Below, piece by piece: positions 54,425-63,762 of a stretch of DNA of 64,000 nt (the stretch's first letter is position 1; every line of letters starts with the position of its first letter). The notes beneath the pieces were generated by a model. That model saw only the letters and a program-made list of their open reading frames with translations. It ran no database searches and was not told the origin of the DNA. Source of the stretch: a virus; the IMG/VR virus record IMGVR_UViG_3300003320_000592, positions 1,054-65,053 of that record; one strand, written 5' to 3'. Both the position numbers and the translations under genes were made by a program.

Positions 54425-55189
54425 ATGGCGACGTTCGCCAAGGCCCCGCCCGGATCGGGAGCGAACTTCGAGAAGTTGAAGGGAGCCCTCGCCGCGCGAG
54501 GAGCGAGTAACCCCGGCGCACTGGCCGCGTACATCGGCCGGAAAAAGTACGGGGGCAAGGGCATGAAGAAGCTCTCCGCGATGGGCCGGCACAGCGAGCA
54601 CAGCAACCAGGCCGCATCCGCGAACGGCGGAGAGGGCACCCGTGCCGTGGCATCCGGAGTCGCCGTATCCCTGGCGCACAAACTCCCGGTGGCGAGCCCC
54701 TGGGACATCGTGATCGGGCGCGGCGCCGACGGCAGCGCGCAGGTCCGCCACCGCCGCGGCGGCGTGGACATCGGAACGATCAAGCGCGGCGAGGACGGGT
54801 CCTGGTCCGCCACCCCCTCCGGCGGCCAGCCGCTTCCCGGGCACACGCACCAGCGGGCCGCGCTCATGGAGCTGCTCGGCACCTGGAACAAGGGCTCGAC
54901 CACGCAGGAGCGCGCCGGGGTCCCGTACGCCCAGGAGCCGACGCAGACCCCGCTCATGGAGAAGTACGGCGTTCCCGCGATCCGGGCCCTGGCCACCCCG
55001 ATGACGTCGGCTTCCGACGGGCCGCGGACCACCGAGGCCGGATCGGACGACACGGACGGCCTCACTCCGAAGGGGAAGGCGATCTACGCCAAGCTCCGGG
55101 TCCGCGGGTTCCCGGCCGAGCGCGCGCTCGCCTTCGCCAAGCGCGCGCAGAGCATGAGCGCGGGCAGCTTCAAGAAGGCCGGCTCGTGA
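54425..55189 (+). CDS. Head-associated hypothetical protein
   Basis: GGAGG RBS; ALAAYIGRKKYG motif. Confidence 0.55.
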   Translation: MATFAKAPPGSGANFEKLKGALAARGASNPGALAAYIGRKKYGGKGMKKLSAMGRHSEHSNQAASANGGEGTRAVASGVAVSLAHKLPVASPWDIVIGRGADGSAQVRHRRGGVDIGTIKRGEDGSWSATPSGGQPLPGHTHQRAALMELLGTWNKGSTTQERAGVPYAQEPTQTPLMEKYGVPAIRALATPMTSASDGPRTTEAGSDDTDGLTPKGKAIYAKLRVRGFPAERALAFAKRAQSMSAGSFKKAGS

Positions 55190-56373
55190 CCACGGCCGTC
55201 CTGACCCCGTTCACGGCGGCCCGCGCGGTCGAGCTGTCCGGCGGCGTGTGGCGCAAGCGCGTGCTGCCCGTCGGCGACGTCGAGTACAAGGGCCGGATGC
55301 TGCACTTCACGAAGGACTACCTGGCAGGGTTGGCCCAGGCGTTCAAGGACCGCGCCTATGACCAGGTCCCGTTCCAGCTCGCCGGCGGGGACAACTCCCA
55401 CACCAACGACGTCGAGCGGTTCGGCGGCGAGATCACCGATTTCGACCTGGAGCCCGACGGGCTGTACATCAAGCTCTCCGCCACCGAGCGCGGCGGCAAG
55501 GTCTTGAAGGAGAACCCCAACCTCGGGGTGTCCGCGCGGATCGTCGAGGACTACGCGCGCAGCGACGGGAAGTTCTTCCCCGCCGCCGTGCAGCACGTGC
55601 TTGGTACTCTCGACCCGCGCATCCCGGGGCTGGGCGGCTGGCAGGCCGTCGAGGCGTCCAACGACGCCACCTCGGTGCTGGATCTTTCGACATCTGTTTT
55701 CGCAGGCGAGGAGGCGGCAGTGGCCGACCAGTTCACCACGGAGGAGCGCGGGCGGCTCGCGAAGCTGCTCCAGATCCCCGAGGACAAGATCGAGGCGCTC
55801 ACGGCGCTCGCGGACACCGACCTGAAGGCGCTGACCGGCGAGGGCGCGGGCGCGGGCGAGGGCGGTGAGCTGACCGACGAGCAGCTGGCGCAGCTCGTCG
55901 GGGAGATGTCCGACGCCGAGCTGGCCGCGCTGGAGGCCGAGTTCCAGGCGGAGGCGGCCGCGGCGGCGCCGGGGCTGTCCAACGAGGCGGCGATGGCGAT
56001 CGAGATGGCCAACGTCCGCGCCGAGGAGAACGAGCGCCAGCTCTCGGTGATCACCGCCGAGCTGGACCAGCAGCGGTACGAGGCCGAGCGGGCGCGCCTG
56101 GTGCGCGACGCGGGCGTCCCGCCGTTCCTGGTCGAGCTGGCCCGGCCGCTGCTGGAGGGCACCGGCCACACCGTCGACCTGTCCAACGGCAAGTCGGTGG
56201 ACGCCGGGCAGATCATGCGCAAAGTGCTCACCGAGTTCGCCAAGGCCGCCAAGATGGTGGACATGTCCGTCGAGCTCGGATCGGCCCTGGACGAGCCCGA
56301 CACGCAGGGCGCCGCGGCCCAGGCGCGCGACGACGTCGTCGGCCGTGCCCGCGCCCAGATGTTCGGGCGGTAG
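55186..56373 (+). CDS. Prohead protease/scaffold (Mu gpI-like); possible internal scaffold start at about 55721
   Basis: VPFQLA...HTND, GVSARI, HVLGTLDPRIPGL; acidic helical C-terminal half; internal GAGGAGG-GTG. Confidence 0.75.
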   Translation: MTTAVLTPFTAARAVELSGGVWRKRVLPVGDVEYKGRMLHFTKDYLAGLAQAFKDRAYDQVPFQLAGGDNSHTNDVERFGGEITDFDLEPDGLYIKLSATERGGKVLKENPNLGVSARIVEDYARSDGKFFPAAVQHVLGTLDPRIPGLGGWQAVEASNDATSVLDLSTSVFAGEEAAVADQFTTEERGRLAKLLQIPEDKIEALTALADTDLKALTGEGAGAGEGGELTDEQLAQLVGEMSDAELAALEAEFQAEAAAAAPGLSNEAAMAIEMANVRAEENERQLSVITAELDQQRYEAERARLVRDAGVPPFLVELARPLLEGTGHTVDLSNGKSVDAGQIMRKVLTEFAKAAKMVDMSVELGSALDEPDTQGAAAQARDDVVGRARAQMFGR

Positions 56374-56376
56374 ACC

Positions 56377-56580
56377 GTGGCGCGCTACGTCGTCACCAAG
56401 GCGACGACGGTGTCCGGGTCCGGATACAACCAGCCTCCGCGCACCGTGCACGCGGGCGAGGTGCTGGACCTGACCGCAGCCGAAGTCACCGCGCTCGGCG
56501 CAGGCAACCTGCGAGCCGTGTCGGCGGCAACCACGCACGAGACGTCCGGCGAGGCTTTCGCCGTCAGCAACGGAAACTGA
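56377..56580 (+). CDS. Small structural protein
   Basis: Packed in head operon. Confidence 0.55.
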   Translation: MARYVVTKATTVSGSGYNQPPRTVHAGEVLDLTAAEVTALGAGNLRAVSAATTHETSGEAFAVSNGN

Positions 56581-56596
56581 GGAGGAGGCGGAGCCG

Positions 56597-57097
56597 ATGA
56601 GCGCGGTTCTTCCGCACTACAAGCAAGGACCGGTCAACAAGCAGGTCTCCACCCTGGTGATCGGCGGAATGTTCGTCGCCCCGACGACTCCTGGATCGGC
56701 CAGTGACCTGACCGTGTCGCCGGTCTCGGCCGCCAACGCCAAGTATTGCCTGGGCGTGGCGGGTAAGGACGCGAACGTCATCTCGGTGCAGACCGGCGCG
56801 GCCAACACGTACGGCCAGCCCGCGATCGACATCAGCGTCCTGGACGACTACACCAGCATCTACTACGGCGGGGTCGACATCTGGGTCTGGTACCAGAGCA
56901 TCGCTTCCGAGGGCCAGTTGCTCACGATCAGCGGCACGACCGCCGGTACAGCCATCGCGTACACGGCGGGCACTACCACGTACGACGTCATCGTCGGCCG
57001 GTGCACGCACCCCGGCGGTGTGGTGTCCGGCAACCTCGTCGCGAACACGCTGATCGGCGGTTCGACCTACTTCCTGGGCCGGGCCCGGATCTTCTAA
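56597..57097 (+). CDS. Head decoration/cement protein
   Basis: Between scaffold and capsid; LGVAGKDA motif. Confidence 0.6.
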   Translation: MSAVLPHYKQGPVNKQVSTLVIGGMFVAPTTPGSASDLTVSPVSAANAKYCLGVAGKDANVISVQTGAANTYGQPAIDISVLDDYTSIYYGGVDIWVWYQSIASEGQLLTISGTTAGTAIAYTAGTTTYDVIVGRCTHPGGVVSGNLVANTLIGGSTYFLGRARIF

Positions 57098-57114
57098 GAG
57101 GGGAGTGACACAAC

Positions 57115-58026
57115 ATGCCTGCTGGCGCTCGCGGATATTCCGACGCTCCGCGGATCACAGTCAACGAGCTGCTCAAGGATCCGCTGGTCATCCCCGCGCT
57201 GATCCTGGACATCACGCAGAACGAGTTCATCGTGGACTCGGTGCTGCGCAACGGAGGCGCCGCGCCGTCCGGCGCCGTCCGCTACTCGGAGTCCACCCCG
57301 CTGTACGCGGACGACTACCCCGAGGTCCGGGCCGAGTTCGGCGAGGTGCCGGTCGTGCCGACGTCCATCGGCATCCCGCGCGTCGTGTTCACTCACGAGC
57401 GCGCCATGGCGATCATGGTGTCGGACGAGATGCGCCGTCGCCAGACCATCGACCCGGTCACCCGCCAGCTGCTCCAGGTCAAGAACACCATGGTGTACTC
57501 CTGGAACACCGCGTTCTACTCCGCCGTGGTGGCCAACGCCTCGATCCAGACCCTGGCCGTCTCCAACGCCTGGTCGTCCGCCGCGGCGACCATCCGCGCG
57601 GACATCGCCCAGGCCTGCTACCTGGTCGAGAACGCGAACGTCGTCTCGCCGTCGGGGATCACGCAGTGGCTCGGCTTCGAGGCCGACACGCTGATCATCA
57701 ACCACGCGACGAAGAACACGCTGCTGCAGTCCTCGACCTTCGCCGCCCCCTACATCGGCGACATCGCGTCCGAGAACCTGCTCTACACCGGCGTGCTCCC
57801 GCAGAAGATCTTCAACCTGGACGTGCTGGTCTCCCGGCAGGTCCCGGCGGGCAACGCGATCGTCATGCAGCGCCACCGCGCCGGGTTCTACGCCGACGAG
57901 CTGCCGTTCCTGGCCGGCCCGCTCTACCGCGACGAGCCGCGCAAGACCTGGCGCTCAGACACCCAGCGGGCCAGCGCCATCGGCCTCGACCAGCCGTACG
58001 CGGTCTGTCTTCTCTCTGGCGTGTAG
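57115..58026 (+). CDS. Major capsid protein (HK97 fold)
   Basis: 303 aa; VRAEFGEVP, MAIMVSDE.RR, IFNLDVLVS; position. Confidence 0.85.
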   Translation: MPAGARGYSDAPRITVNELLKDPLVIPALILDITQNEFIVDSVLRNGGAAPSGAVRYSESTPLYADDYPEVRAEFGEVPVVPTSIGIPRVVFTHERAMAIMVSDEMRRRQTIDPVTRQLLQVKNTMVYSWNTAFYSAVVANASIQTLAVSNAWSSAAATIRADIAQACYLVENANVVSPSGITQWLGFEADTLIINHATKNTLLQSSTFAAPYIGDIASENLLYTGVLPQKIFNLDVLVSRQVPAGNAIVMQRHRAGFYADELPFLAGPLYRDEPRKTWRSDTQRASAIGLDQPYAVCLLSGV

Positions 58027-58035
58027 GGACTGAGG

Positions 58036-58407
58036 ATGACGAATCTTCTGTACACCTGGGACTTCCCACCGAACTACCAGTTCTGCACGTTGCTGGAAGC
58101 GGTCGAGACCAGAGGTGTCGGGAGCAGTCTCGACCTTGGAGCGACGTACACCAGTTTCTCCATCGTCGGAACCCTCGGTGGTGGCCCGCGTCCCTCGGAG
58201 CTTCAGTTCCGGCTGGAAGGATCTACGGACGGGTCCACTTGGTACGAGATCTGGGACTCGGGAGCCATCGAACCGGTGGACTCCTCTCAGTACGGCCCGT
58301 ACAGCGCCACGGGGTCGTACAGGTACATCCGTGGCAATCTGGAGGCGTTCGCATACGAGACGTCACCTGACCCTACTTTCACATTTTGGGTGGAGGCGAA
58401 TCAGTAA
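58036..58407 (+). CDS. Hypothetical protein, lower GC (moron-like)
   Basis: More A/T at third codon positions than neighbours; FRLEGSTDGSTW. Confidence 0.5.
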   Translation: MTNLLYTWDFPPNYQFCTLLEAVETRGVGSSLDLGATYTSFSIVGTLGGGPRPSELQFRLEGSTDGSTWYEIWDSGAIEPVDSSQYGPYSATGSYRYIRGNLEAFAYETSPDPTFTFWVEANQ

Positions 58408-58799
58408 TGCCCCGCTGGCAGGCCCTGATGAACATCTCGCTGCCCCGCAAGGGCGACGTCGAGAAGCAGACCGACCTCATCCCCCGGGGCGAGACGTTCG
58501 AGGCGGAGGAGGCGCGGGTGGTGAACCTGCTGAACCCGAAGTTCGGGCCGCCGCGCATCCGCAAGATCGAGGAGCGCGGCGAGCCGATGCCGCAGCTGCT
58601 GCCCAGGACCGTCTCGAACCGCCAGTTCGGGCCGCCTGCGGACGCCCGCCCCGACCCGGCCGGGTCGAGCGACGTCCAGGTCCGCATCCCGGAGCTGGCC
58701 GAGCCGCAGCCGGACAGCGAGCAGGCCCCGACCGGGCAGGACGCGGTGGACCTCCCGCCCCGGCGTGCGCGCACGGCGGCCAAGGCCGGGGTGAGCTAG
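58407..58799 (+). CDS. Hypothetical protein
   Basis: TAATG coupling, GGAGG RBS. Confidence 0.55.
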   Translation: MPRWQALMNISLPRKGDVEKQTDLIPRGETFEAEEARVVNLLNPKFGPPRIRKIEERGEPMPQLLPRTVSNRQFGPPADARPDPAGSSDVQVRIPELAEPQPDSEQAPTGQDAVDLPPRRARTAAKAGVS

Positions 58800-58802
58800 G
58801 CC

Positions 58803-59456
58803 GTGGCGTCGTCCGGGATCCCGAGCGAGCCCCTGGCGTCCGCGGTCACCTGCCCGCGGTGCAAGGCGCGGCGCGGCCTGCTCAACATCGACGGCACGCA
58901 CTACCGGTGCGGCGGCTGCGAGTGGCAGTACACGGCCGGCCTCGTGACGGTCGGCTCGGCTCCCGGCGTCCCGGCCAGCGGCACGGCCACCACGAACCTG
59001 GTGGCCAACACCAAGGGCTCGATCGTCATCGTCACCCTGTCCGGGTTCACGGCCACGTTCGTCTACGTCAACGGCGTGCAGGTCGGCACGACGAACGCGG
59101 CCTACGCCGTGCCCGCCGGCGCCGCCATCTCCGTCACCTACTCCGTCGCCGGCACCTGGACGTGGGTGCTTCCGGTCAGCAACGGCACGGTGGCCGCGGG
59201 TGCCACGGCGCTGCCGATCGCGGCCGGAGGCGCGGCGTTCACGTCCGGCGAGCAGCTGTATTTCTCAGACGGATCCTTGTCCGAGACCGTGACCGTCGGC
59301 TCCGGCTCGACCGCCACATCCATCGTGATCGCCGGCAGCGGCTTCGCGAACGCCCACGCCACGGCCAAGAGCTTCGGCGACGTCGTGCTCACCTCCGCCT
59401 ACTCCGGCGCGGGCGTGGGCGAGGCGGTCCCCGCCGCGCCGGGCTGGGGGTTCTGA
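58803..59456 (+). CDS. Structural protein with N-terminal Zn ribbon
   Basis: CPRC...CGGC then beta-rich Gly/Ala/Thr domains. Confidence 0.55.
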   Translation: MASSGIPSEPLASAVTCPRCKARRGLLNIDGTHYRCGGCEWQYTAGLVTVGSAPGVPASGTATTNLVANTKGSIVIVTLSGFTATFVYVNGVQVGTTNAAYAVPAGAAISVTYSVAGTWTWVLPVSNGTVAAGATALPIAAGGAAFTSGEQLYFSDGSLSETVTVGSGSTATSIVIAGSGFANAHATAKSFGDVVLTSAYSGAGVGEAVPAAPGWGF

Positions 59457-59764
59457 TGGCGATCAACCGGTACCGATTGACGGCGAACGTGACACTGCCA
59501 GCTGGCACGTTCACCGGCGACGACACCACCGCGGGCACGAGGGCCACCACGCCAGGTGTGGGTGCCCCGGCGAACTTCGGCACTGGAAGCAATGCACAGG
59601 GCGCCGGAATGTACGGCAGCAACGGCGGCGGCGCGTGGTTGAAGGGCATGGAACTGCTGCTCGACCCGACGGGCGCGGTCTACACGGCGATCGGCGCGGG
59701 CAACCTCGTGCAGATTGCTTCGACAACGGTCGACGACGTCGGCCACTCCGGACTGAGCAACTGA
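59456..59764 (+). CDS. Small structural protein (paralogue of 56377 ORF)
   Basis: TGATG coupling; TAIGAGNL motif. Confidence 0.5.
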   Translation: MAINRYRLTANVTLPAGTFTGDDTTAGTRATTPGVGAPANFGTGSNAQGAGMYGSNGGGAWLKGMELLLDPTGAVYTAIGAGNLVQIASTTVDDVGHSGLSN

Positions 59765-59775
59765 GGGGAGCGGAC

Positions 59776-60075
59776 ATGGCGACAGCAAAGACCCAAGAGC
59801 CGGACGACGGATCCGGACAGAAGGACGTGGCTCCGGACCCCCGCGACGAACGGATCGCCGAGCTGGAGAAGCAGCTGGCCGAGGCAAAGCGCCCTGCGGC
59901 GCCGTTCTCCGGGCCCACGGTACGGCTGAAGGTTGAGCCCCCGCACGCGGCACTGCACTTCGCCGGACACGTCGTCGGGACCGAGTTCACCGAGGTGCCC
60001 GCGAACATCGCCGCCTCGCTCATGGTGGGCGCGGCCGACGCGGGCGTGACCATCACCCAGGACCAGGAGGGCTAA
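59776..60075 (+). CDS. Hypothetical protein
   Basis: GAGGGGAG RBS. Confidence 0.55.
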   Translation: MATAKTQEPDDGSGQKDVAPDPRDERIAELEKQLAEAKRPAAPFSGPTVRLKVEPPHAALHFAGHVVGTEFTEVPANIAASLMVGAADAGVTITQDQEG

Positions 60076-60076
60076 C

Positions 60077-60559
60077 GTGTTGAAGTGGCGAACGACACTG
60101 ATAGCGATGGTCCTTGCGGTCGGTGCTATCGGAGCCGGGATGTTCGGTGCGTACGCAGTAGCATCTGTGCCTGATTCTTCAGGAGTGATTCATGCCTGCT
60201 ACAAGACGACGGACCCGGGCCAGGGCGAATTGTTCATCGTGGATACAGGGAGTGGTGGAGCATGCTCCACCGATGAGACATCGCTCACCTGGTCACAGAG
60301 CACCACTGCTGGTCCGAATGGCCTGGACGTAACAATCGTCCAGGGTGACTCTGGGGGCACCTTCGCTCAGGCCACCTGCCCGTCTGACCACCCCTTCGTA
60401 TTAGGTGGAGGTGGATACATCGCCTCAGGAACGCAGACTGTGGAGTCGTATCCGCAGCAGCTCACGGGGGAGGAATCCGCGAGCAATCCGGGATCATGGG
60501 ACGCTAACGCGCCGAATGGTCTCGGTCACGTGGTAGCCGAAGCAATCTGTGCGAAGTAA
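60077..60559 (+). CDS. Secreted protein, lower GC (moron-like)
   Basis: Signal peptide; GVIHACY...G.L.IVD...C...E..LTWSQ and CPSDHP..LGGG motifs. Confidence 0.6.
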   Translation: MLKWRTTLIAMVLAVGAIGAGMFGAYAVASVPDSSGVIHACYKTTDPGQGELFIVDTGSGGACSTDETSLTWSQSTTAGPNGLDVTIVQGDSGGTFAQATCPSDHPFVLGGGGYIASGTQTVESYPQQLTGEESASNPGSWDANAPNGLGHVVAEAICAK

Positions 60560-60573
60560 GGAGGGAGACCTAA

Positions 60574-61176
60574 ATGCCTTCGTTGACATACTCGCCGCCG
60601 AACTACACCACGACCAACGTGGTGTACGGCACCGGCATCCTGTTCACCGCGGCGACAGGCACCGCGGTGCCCTCCGATGCAAACCTCGGCGTGGGTACCG
60701 CGTGGACCGGCCTGGGCTGGGCGTACGTCGGATCCACCGAGGCCGGTGTCACGGTGACGTTCAACCCGACCACGCAGGACATCTCGATCGAGGAGCAGCC
60801 GACGCCGGTCGGCGTGGCCGTCACCACGGCCAAGATGGAGATCACCACCTCGATGTCCGAGGAGACGCTGGCCAACGTCTCCCTGGCGTACGGCAACGGC
60901 GGCACCATCGCGGTCACCCCGCCCGGCGCGGGCCAGCCCGGCAAGTCGGTGCTCACGCTGTCCACCAACCTGAGCGCCGTGGCCGTGGCCGTCGTCGGCA
61001 AGAACCTGTACGGCTACGCCCGCGTCGTCTACATCCCCACCGTCATCTCGGCGGGCCAGGTGCAGACCGCGTACCGGCGCGCCGCGCAGCAGCGGCTGTA
61101 CCCGCTGACCCTCGACGCGATCTGCCCGTTCAACCAGATCACGTACACCGATCTCACGGCCGTAGCTACGAGCTAG
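60574..61176 (+). CDS. Major tail (tube) protein
   Basis: VGSTEAGVTVTFNP..QDI.IEEQ.TPV...SEETLANV pattern. Confidence 0.75.
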   Translation: MPSLTYSPPNYTTTNVVYGTGILFTAATGTAVPSDANLGVGTAWTGLGWAYVGSTEAGVTVTFNPTTQDISIEEQPTPVGVAVTTAKMEITTSMSEETLANVSLAYGNGGTIAVTPPGAGQPGKSVLTLSTNLSAVAVAVVGKNLYGYARVVYIPTVISAGQVQTAYRRAAQQRLYPLTLDAICPFNQITYTDLTAVATS

Positions 61177-61193
61177 CACATAAGGAGCTGAAC

Positions 61194-61607
61194 ATGTCCG
61201 TTCCGGCCCCGGCAGTACCGGCGAGCACCGTCAAGGCCGCCAACACCACCGGACAGTACGTGTACGTCACCCTGTCCGGGTTCACGGCCACGTTCGTGTA
61301 CAGCTACGACCAGTCGGGCAACCAGGCCCAGATCGGCACGACCAACGGCACGTTTCTGCTGCCCCCGGGGTACTCGATCTCCGTCACCTACTCCGTCGCC
61401 GGCACCTGGACGTGGGCCACCGCGTACGAACCGTACGCGTACCCGCCGGTGTACATGGCCGGGAATCAGATCACCGCGCAGGGCTCGCCGAACAACATCC
61501 TCCAGCAGCTTCCGGTCGGCAGCGCCTCGCGCTCCTTGGCGGGGGGCACCGGGTGCTGGTCCGGCACCAGCTCGGCGGCTGGCCTGGCGGTGGCGGTGAG
61601 CAACTGA
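61194..61607 (+). CDS. Structural protein sharing a duplicated domain with 58803 ORF
   Basis: VTLSGFTATFVY and ISVTYSVAGTWTW identical to 58803 ORF. Confidence 0.6.
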   Translation: MSVPAPAVPASTVKAANTTGQYVYVTLSGFTATFVYSYDQSGNQAQIGTTNGTFLLPPGYSISVTYSVAGTWTWATAYEPYAYPPVYMAGNQITAQGSPNNILQQLPVGSASRSLAGGTGCWSGTSSAAGLAVAVSN

Positions 61608-61780
61608 TGGCGCCGCGCACGCTGGAAAGCGTCGCGGTTCCCGCCGTCGTGTGGTGGTGCATCTGGGTTCTGGTCGGGATCATCATCCTGATCATTCTCG
61701 GGATCATCGTCCACGCGCTCGGCGGCGGCCAGCTCGCCCTGAACGCCGGGCACTTCCACTTCGACATCGGTGTGACCTGA
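61607..61780 (+). CDS. Small membrane protein
   Basis: Very hydrophobic WCIWVLVGIIILIILGIIV. Confidence 0.5.
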   Translation: MAPRTLESVAVPAVVWWCIWVLVGIIILIILGIIVHALGGGQLALNAGHFHFDIGVT

Positions 61781-61781
61781 C

Positions 61782-62318
61782 ATGGCGACCCTGTACGCGA
61801 CGATCGACGACCTGCGGCTGACGATGGACGGGACCGACTCCGGGACCGGCACCGCGTCGCAGCTCACCGACGCCCAGCTCACGCTGGCGCTCACGGCCGC
61901 GTCCAACAGGGTCAGCGTGTATGCGGGCAACGTCTACGACGGCTCCTCCCCGCAGGCCACGCCGCCGGACATCTTCCACGACCTCACCCTGGATCTGGCC
62001 GCCTTCTGGGCCACGGTCACCTACCGCAAGTCCAAGGCCCTGGCCCCGGACGACCCGGTACGCCTGCGGTACAACGACGCGCAGCAGATCCTCAACAACG
62101 TGCGCGACGGCAAGCTGCGCCTCGACGTGCAGATCCCCGGAGACGTCGGCCAGGAGGTCGGCGTCATCATCAACAACATCCCCAACATCTTCACGCCGGA
62201 CGACTCGAACACCACGATCAACCCGATGACGGGCGCGCTCCAGGCCGACGTGCCCTCGGACATGTGGCGCCCCGGGTACGCCGACCTGTCCGGCGAGGGG
62301 AGCTCCTGGTACCAGTGA
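61782..62318 (+). CDS. Head-to-tail adaptor (Mu gp36/DUF1320-like)
   Basis: LYATIDDL, DLAAFW, VRLRYNDA..ILNNVRDGKLRL. Confidence 0.75.
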   Translation: MATLYATIDDLRLTMDGTDSGTGTASQLTDAQLTLALTAASNRVSVYAGNVYDGSSPQATPPDIFHDLTLDLAAFWATVTYRKSKALAPDDPVRLRYNDAQQILNNVRDGKLRLDVQIPGDVGQEVGVIINNIPNIFTPDDSNTTINPMTGALQADVPSDMWRPGYADLSGEGSSWYQ

Positions 62319-62845
62319 CCGGAGACTTTAAGGCCCGGCTCGACCAGCTGCGGGAGATGACCGGCAGCCGCGAGGGCACCGTCCGCGCCAGTGTCACGGT
62401 GGACCAGGTGTACGCGCACTTCCAGCACGAGCACCTCGAACTCCACCACCCCCGCGGCGGGCACGCGAAGTTCCTCGAACGCCCGTTCATGGAGCACTAC
62501 CGCGAGTACCTGGCCGCGTACGCGCGCACCGTGCTGCGCAACGGCGGCCACGAGGCGCTGAAGCAGTCCATGGAGGACCTGTCCGACCAGGTCGAGCTGG
62601 CCGCGCCGCGCGAGTGGGGCGACCTGATGAAGTCCGGGCACCCCAAGGTCGAGCTCGGCGAGCGCACGGTCTACGACCGGGAGCCGAAGGTGCATCGGCT
62701 CACCGACGAGGAGCTCAAGGCCAAGAGCCGGGCCGTGCTGCGCGAGCGGCTGGCAGCCGGGCTCACGGTCTACTTCATGCGGCACGGCAAGGTCATGCGC
62801 ATCCCCGGCCGCAACGAGCCGCACACGAAGCGGGGACGGCTGTGA
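62315..62845 (+). CDS. Neck/tail completion (HK97 gp10-like)
   Basis: VYAHFQHE, GHAKFLERP, APREWGDL motifs. Confidence 0.55.
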   Translation: MTGDFKARLDQLREMTGSREGTVRASVTVDQVYAHFQHEHLELHHPRGGHAKFLERPFMEHYREYLAAYARTVLRNGGHEALKQSMEDLSDQVELAAPREWGDLMKSGHPKVELGERTVYDREPKVHRLTDEELKAKSRAVLRERLAAGLTVYFMRHGKVMRIPGRNEPHTKRGRL

Positions 62846-63252
62846 CCGCGCAGACGCAGGTCGTCATGGACTGGATCACGTCCCTCGGGTGGGACGTGAC
62901 GCAGGAGAGCGGGTATCCGCTGCGCCCCGGCCCGGAGATCACCCAGGAGCCGGACCAGATCGTGCACATCACCGGCACCGGCGGCCCGGGGTACACCACC
63001 GAGGAGCCCGCCACCGACGCCTGGAGCTTCCAGGCGCGGGTCCGCGGCCCCGCCAACGACCCGCTGAAGGCCGAAGAGGCCGCCGACCTGCTCGACTCGA
63101 TGATCCGGACGGCTTCATTCCCCGTGGTCGTCGACGGCGTTAAGATCCAGAACGTGCACCGGATGGCGGGCCGCCCGGCTCCGCTCCCCCTCGACCCGGC
63201 GGACCGCCGCTTCGAGTACACCTGCAACTACGTGATGATCGCGGGAGTGTGA
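62842..63252 (+). CDS. Tail terminator/minor capsid-like protein
   Basis: TGGPG, FQARVRG, RFEYTCNY motifs. Confidence 0.65.
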   Translation: MTAQTQVVMDWITSLGWDVTQESGYPLRPGPEITQEPDQIVHITGTGGPGYTTEEPATDAWSFQARVRGPANDPLKAEEAADLLDSMIRTASFPVVVDGVKIQNVHRMAGRPAPLPLDPADRRFEYTCNYVMIAGV

Positions 63253-63255
63253 GAT

Positions 63256-63753
63256 ATGGCCACTGGACCCCGGTCCCTGCTGCAGCCCATCCCCATGAAC
63301 TCGTACCCGGCCGGGACGGGGTTCTCCGTGTTCCCCGCGTCCGGGAACGGATTCGACACCGGGTCACCCGGCGGCACCTTCACCGCCTGGTCGGCCGCGA
63401 GCACGCTCGGCGTGATGATCCCGAACAACGGCCAGGTGGTCCTCTGGTACGTGAACGGGGCCACGGCGGCGGTGCCCTGGCAGGTGCTCGTCGGCGACTT
63501 GGTCGGCAACACCGGGCAGGTGCTCCCGGCCACCACGGTCGCTGGCACGATCGCGGTCAACTCCTCCGGCTGGCTCGGCCCGTGGTCCCCGGCCACGTAC
63601 AACCAGCAGGCCCCGACGAACGTGACGTACTCGGGCGCCACCAACACGACCGCGCTGACATCCGCCGCGCAGGGTACTGTGGTGATCGACTTCACCGCCC
63701 CTACCGCGACCTTCGCCGTCCGGGCGTACCAGCTGATCCCCGTCCAGCCGTAA
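63256..63753 (+). CDS. Structural hypothetical protein
   Basis: NNGQVVLWYVNG...LGPWSPATYNQ. Confidence 0.55.
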   Translation: MATGPRSLLQPIPMNSYPAGTGFSVFPASGNGFDTGSPGGTFTAWSAASTLGVMIPNNGQVVLWYVNGATAAVPWQVLVGDLVGNTGQVLPATTVAGTIAVNSSGWLGPWSPATYNQQAPTNVTYSGATNTTALTSAAQGTVVIDFTAPTATFAVRAYQLIPVQP

Positions 63754-63762
63754 GGGACGCAC

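Larger units (their letters stand above)
59031..61416 (+). repeat. Duplicated coding segments (32-bp and 40-bp exact repeats)
   Basis: 59031-59062 = 61266-61297; 59127-59166 = 61377-61416. Confidence 0.8.
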
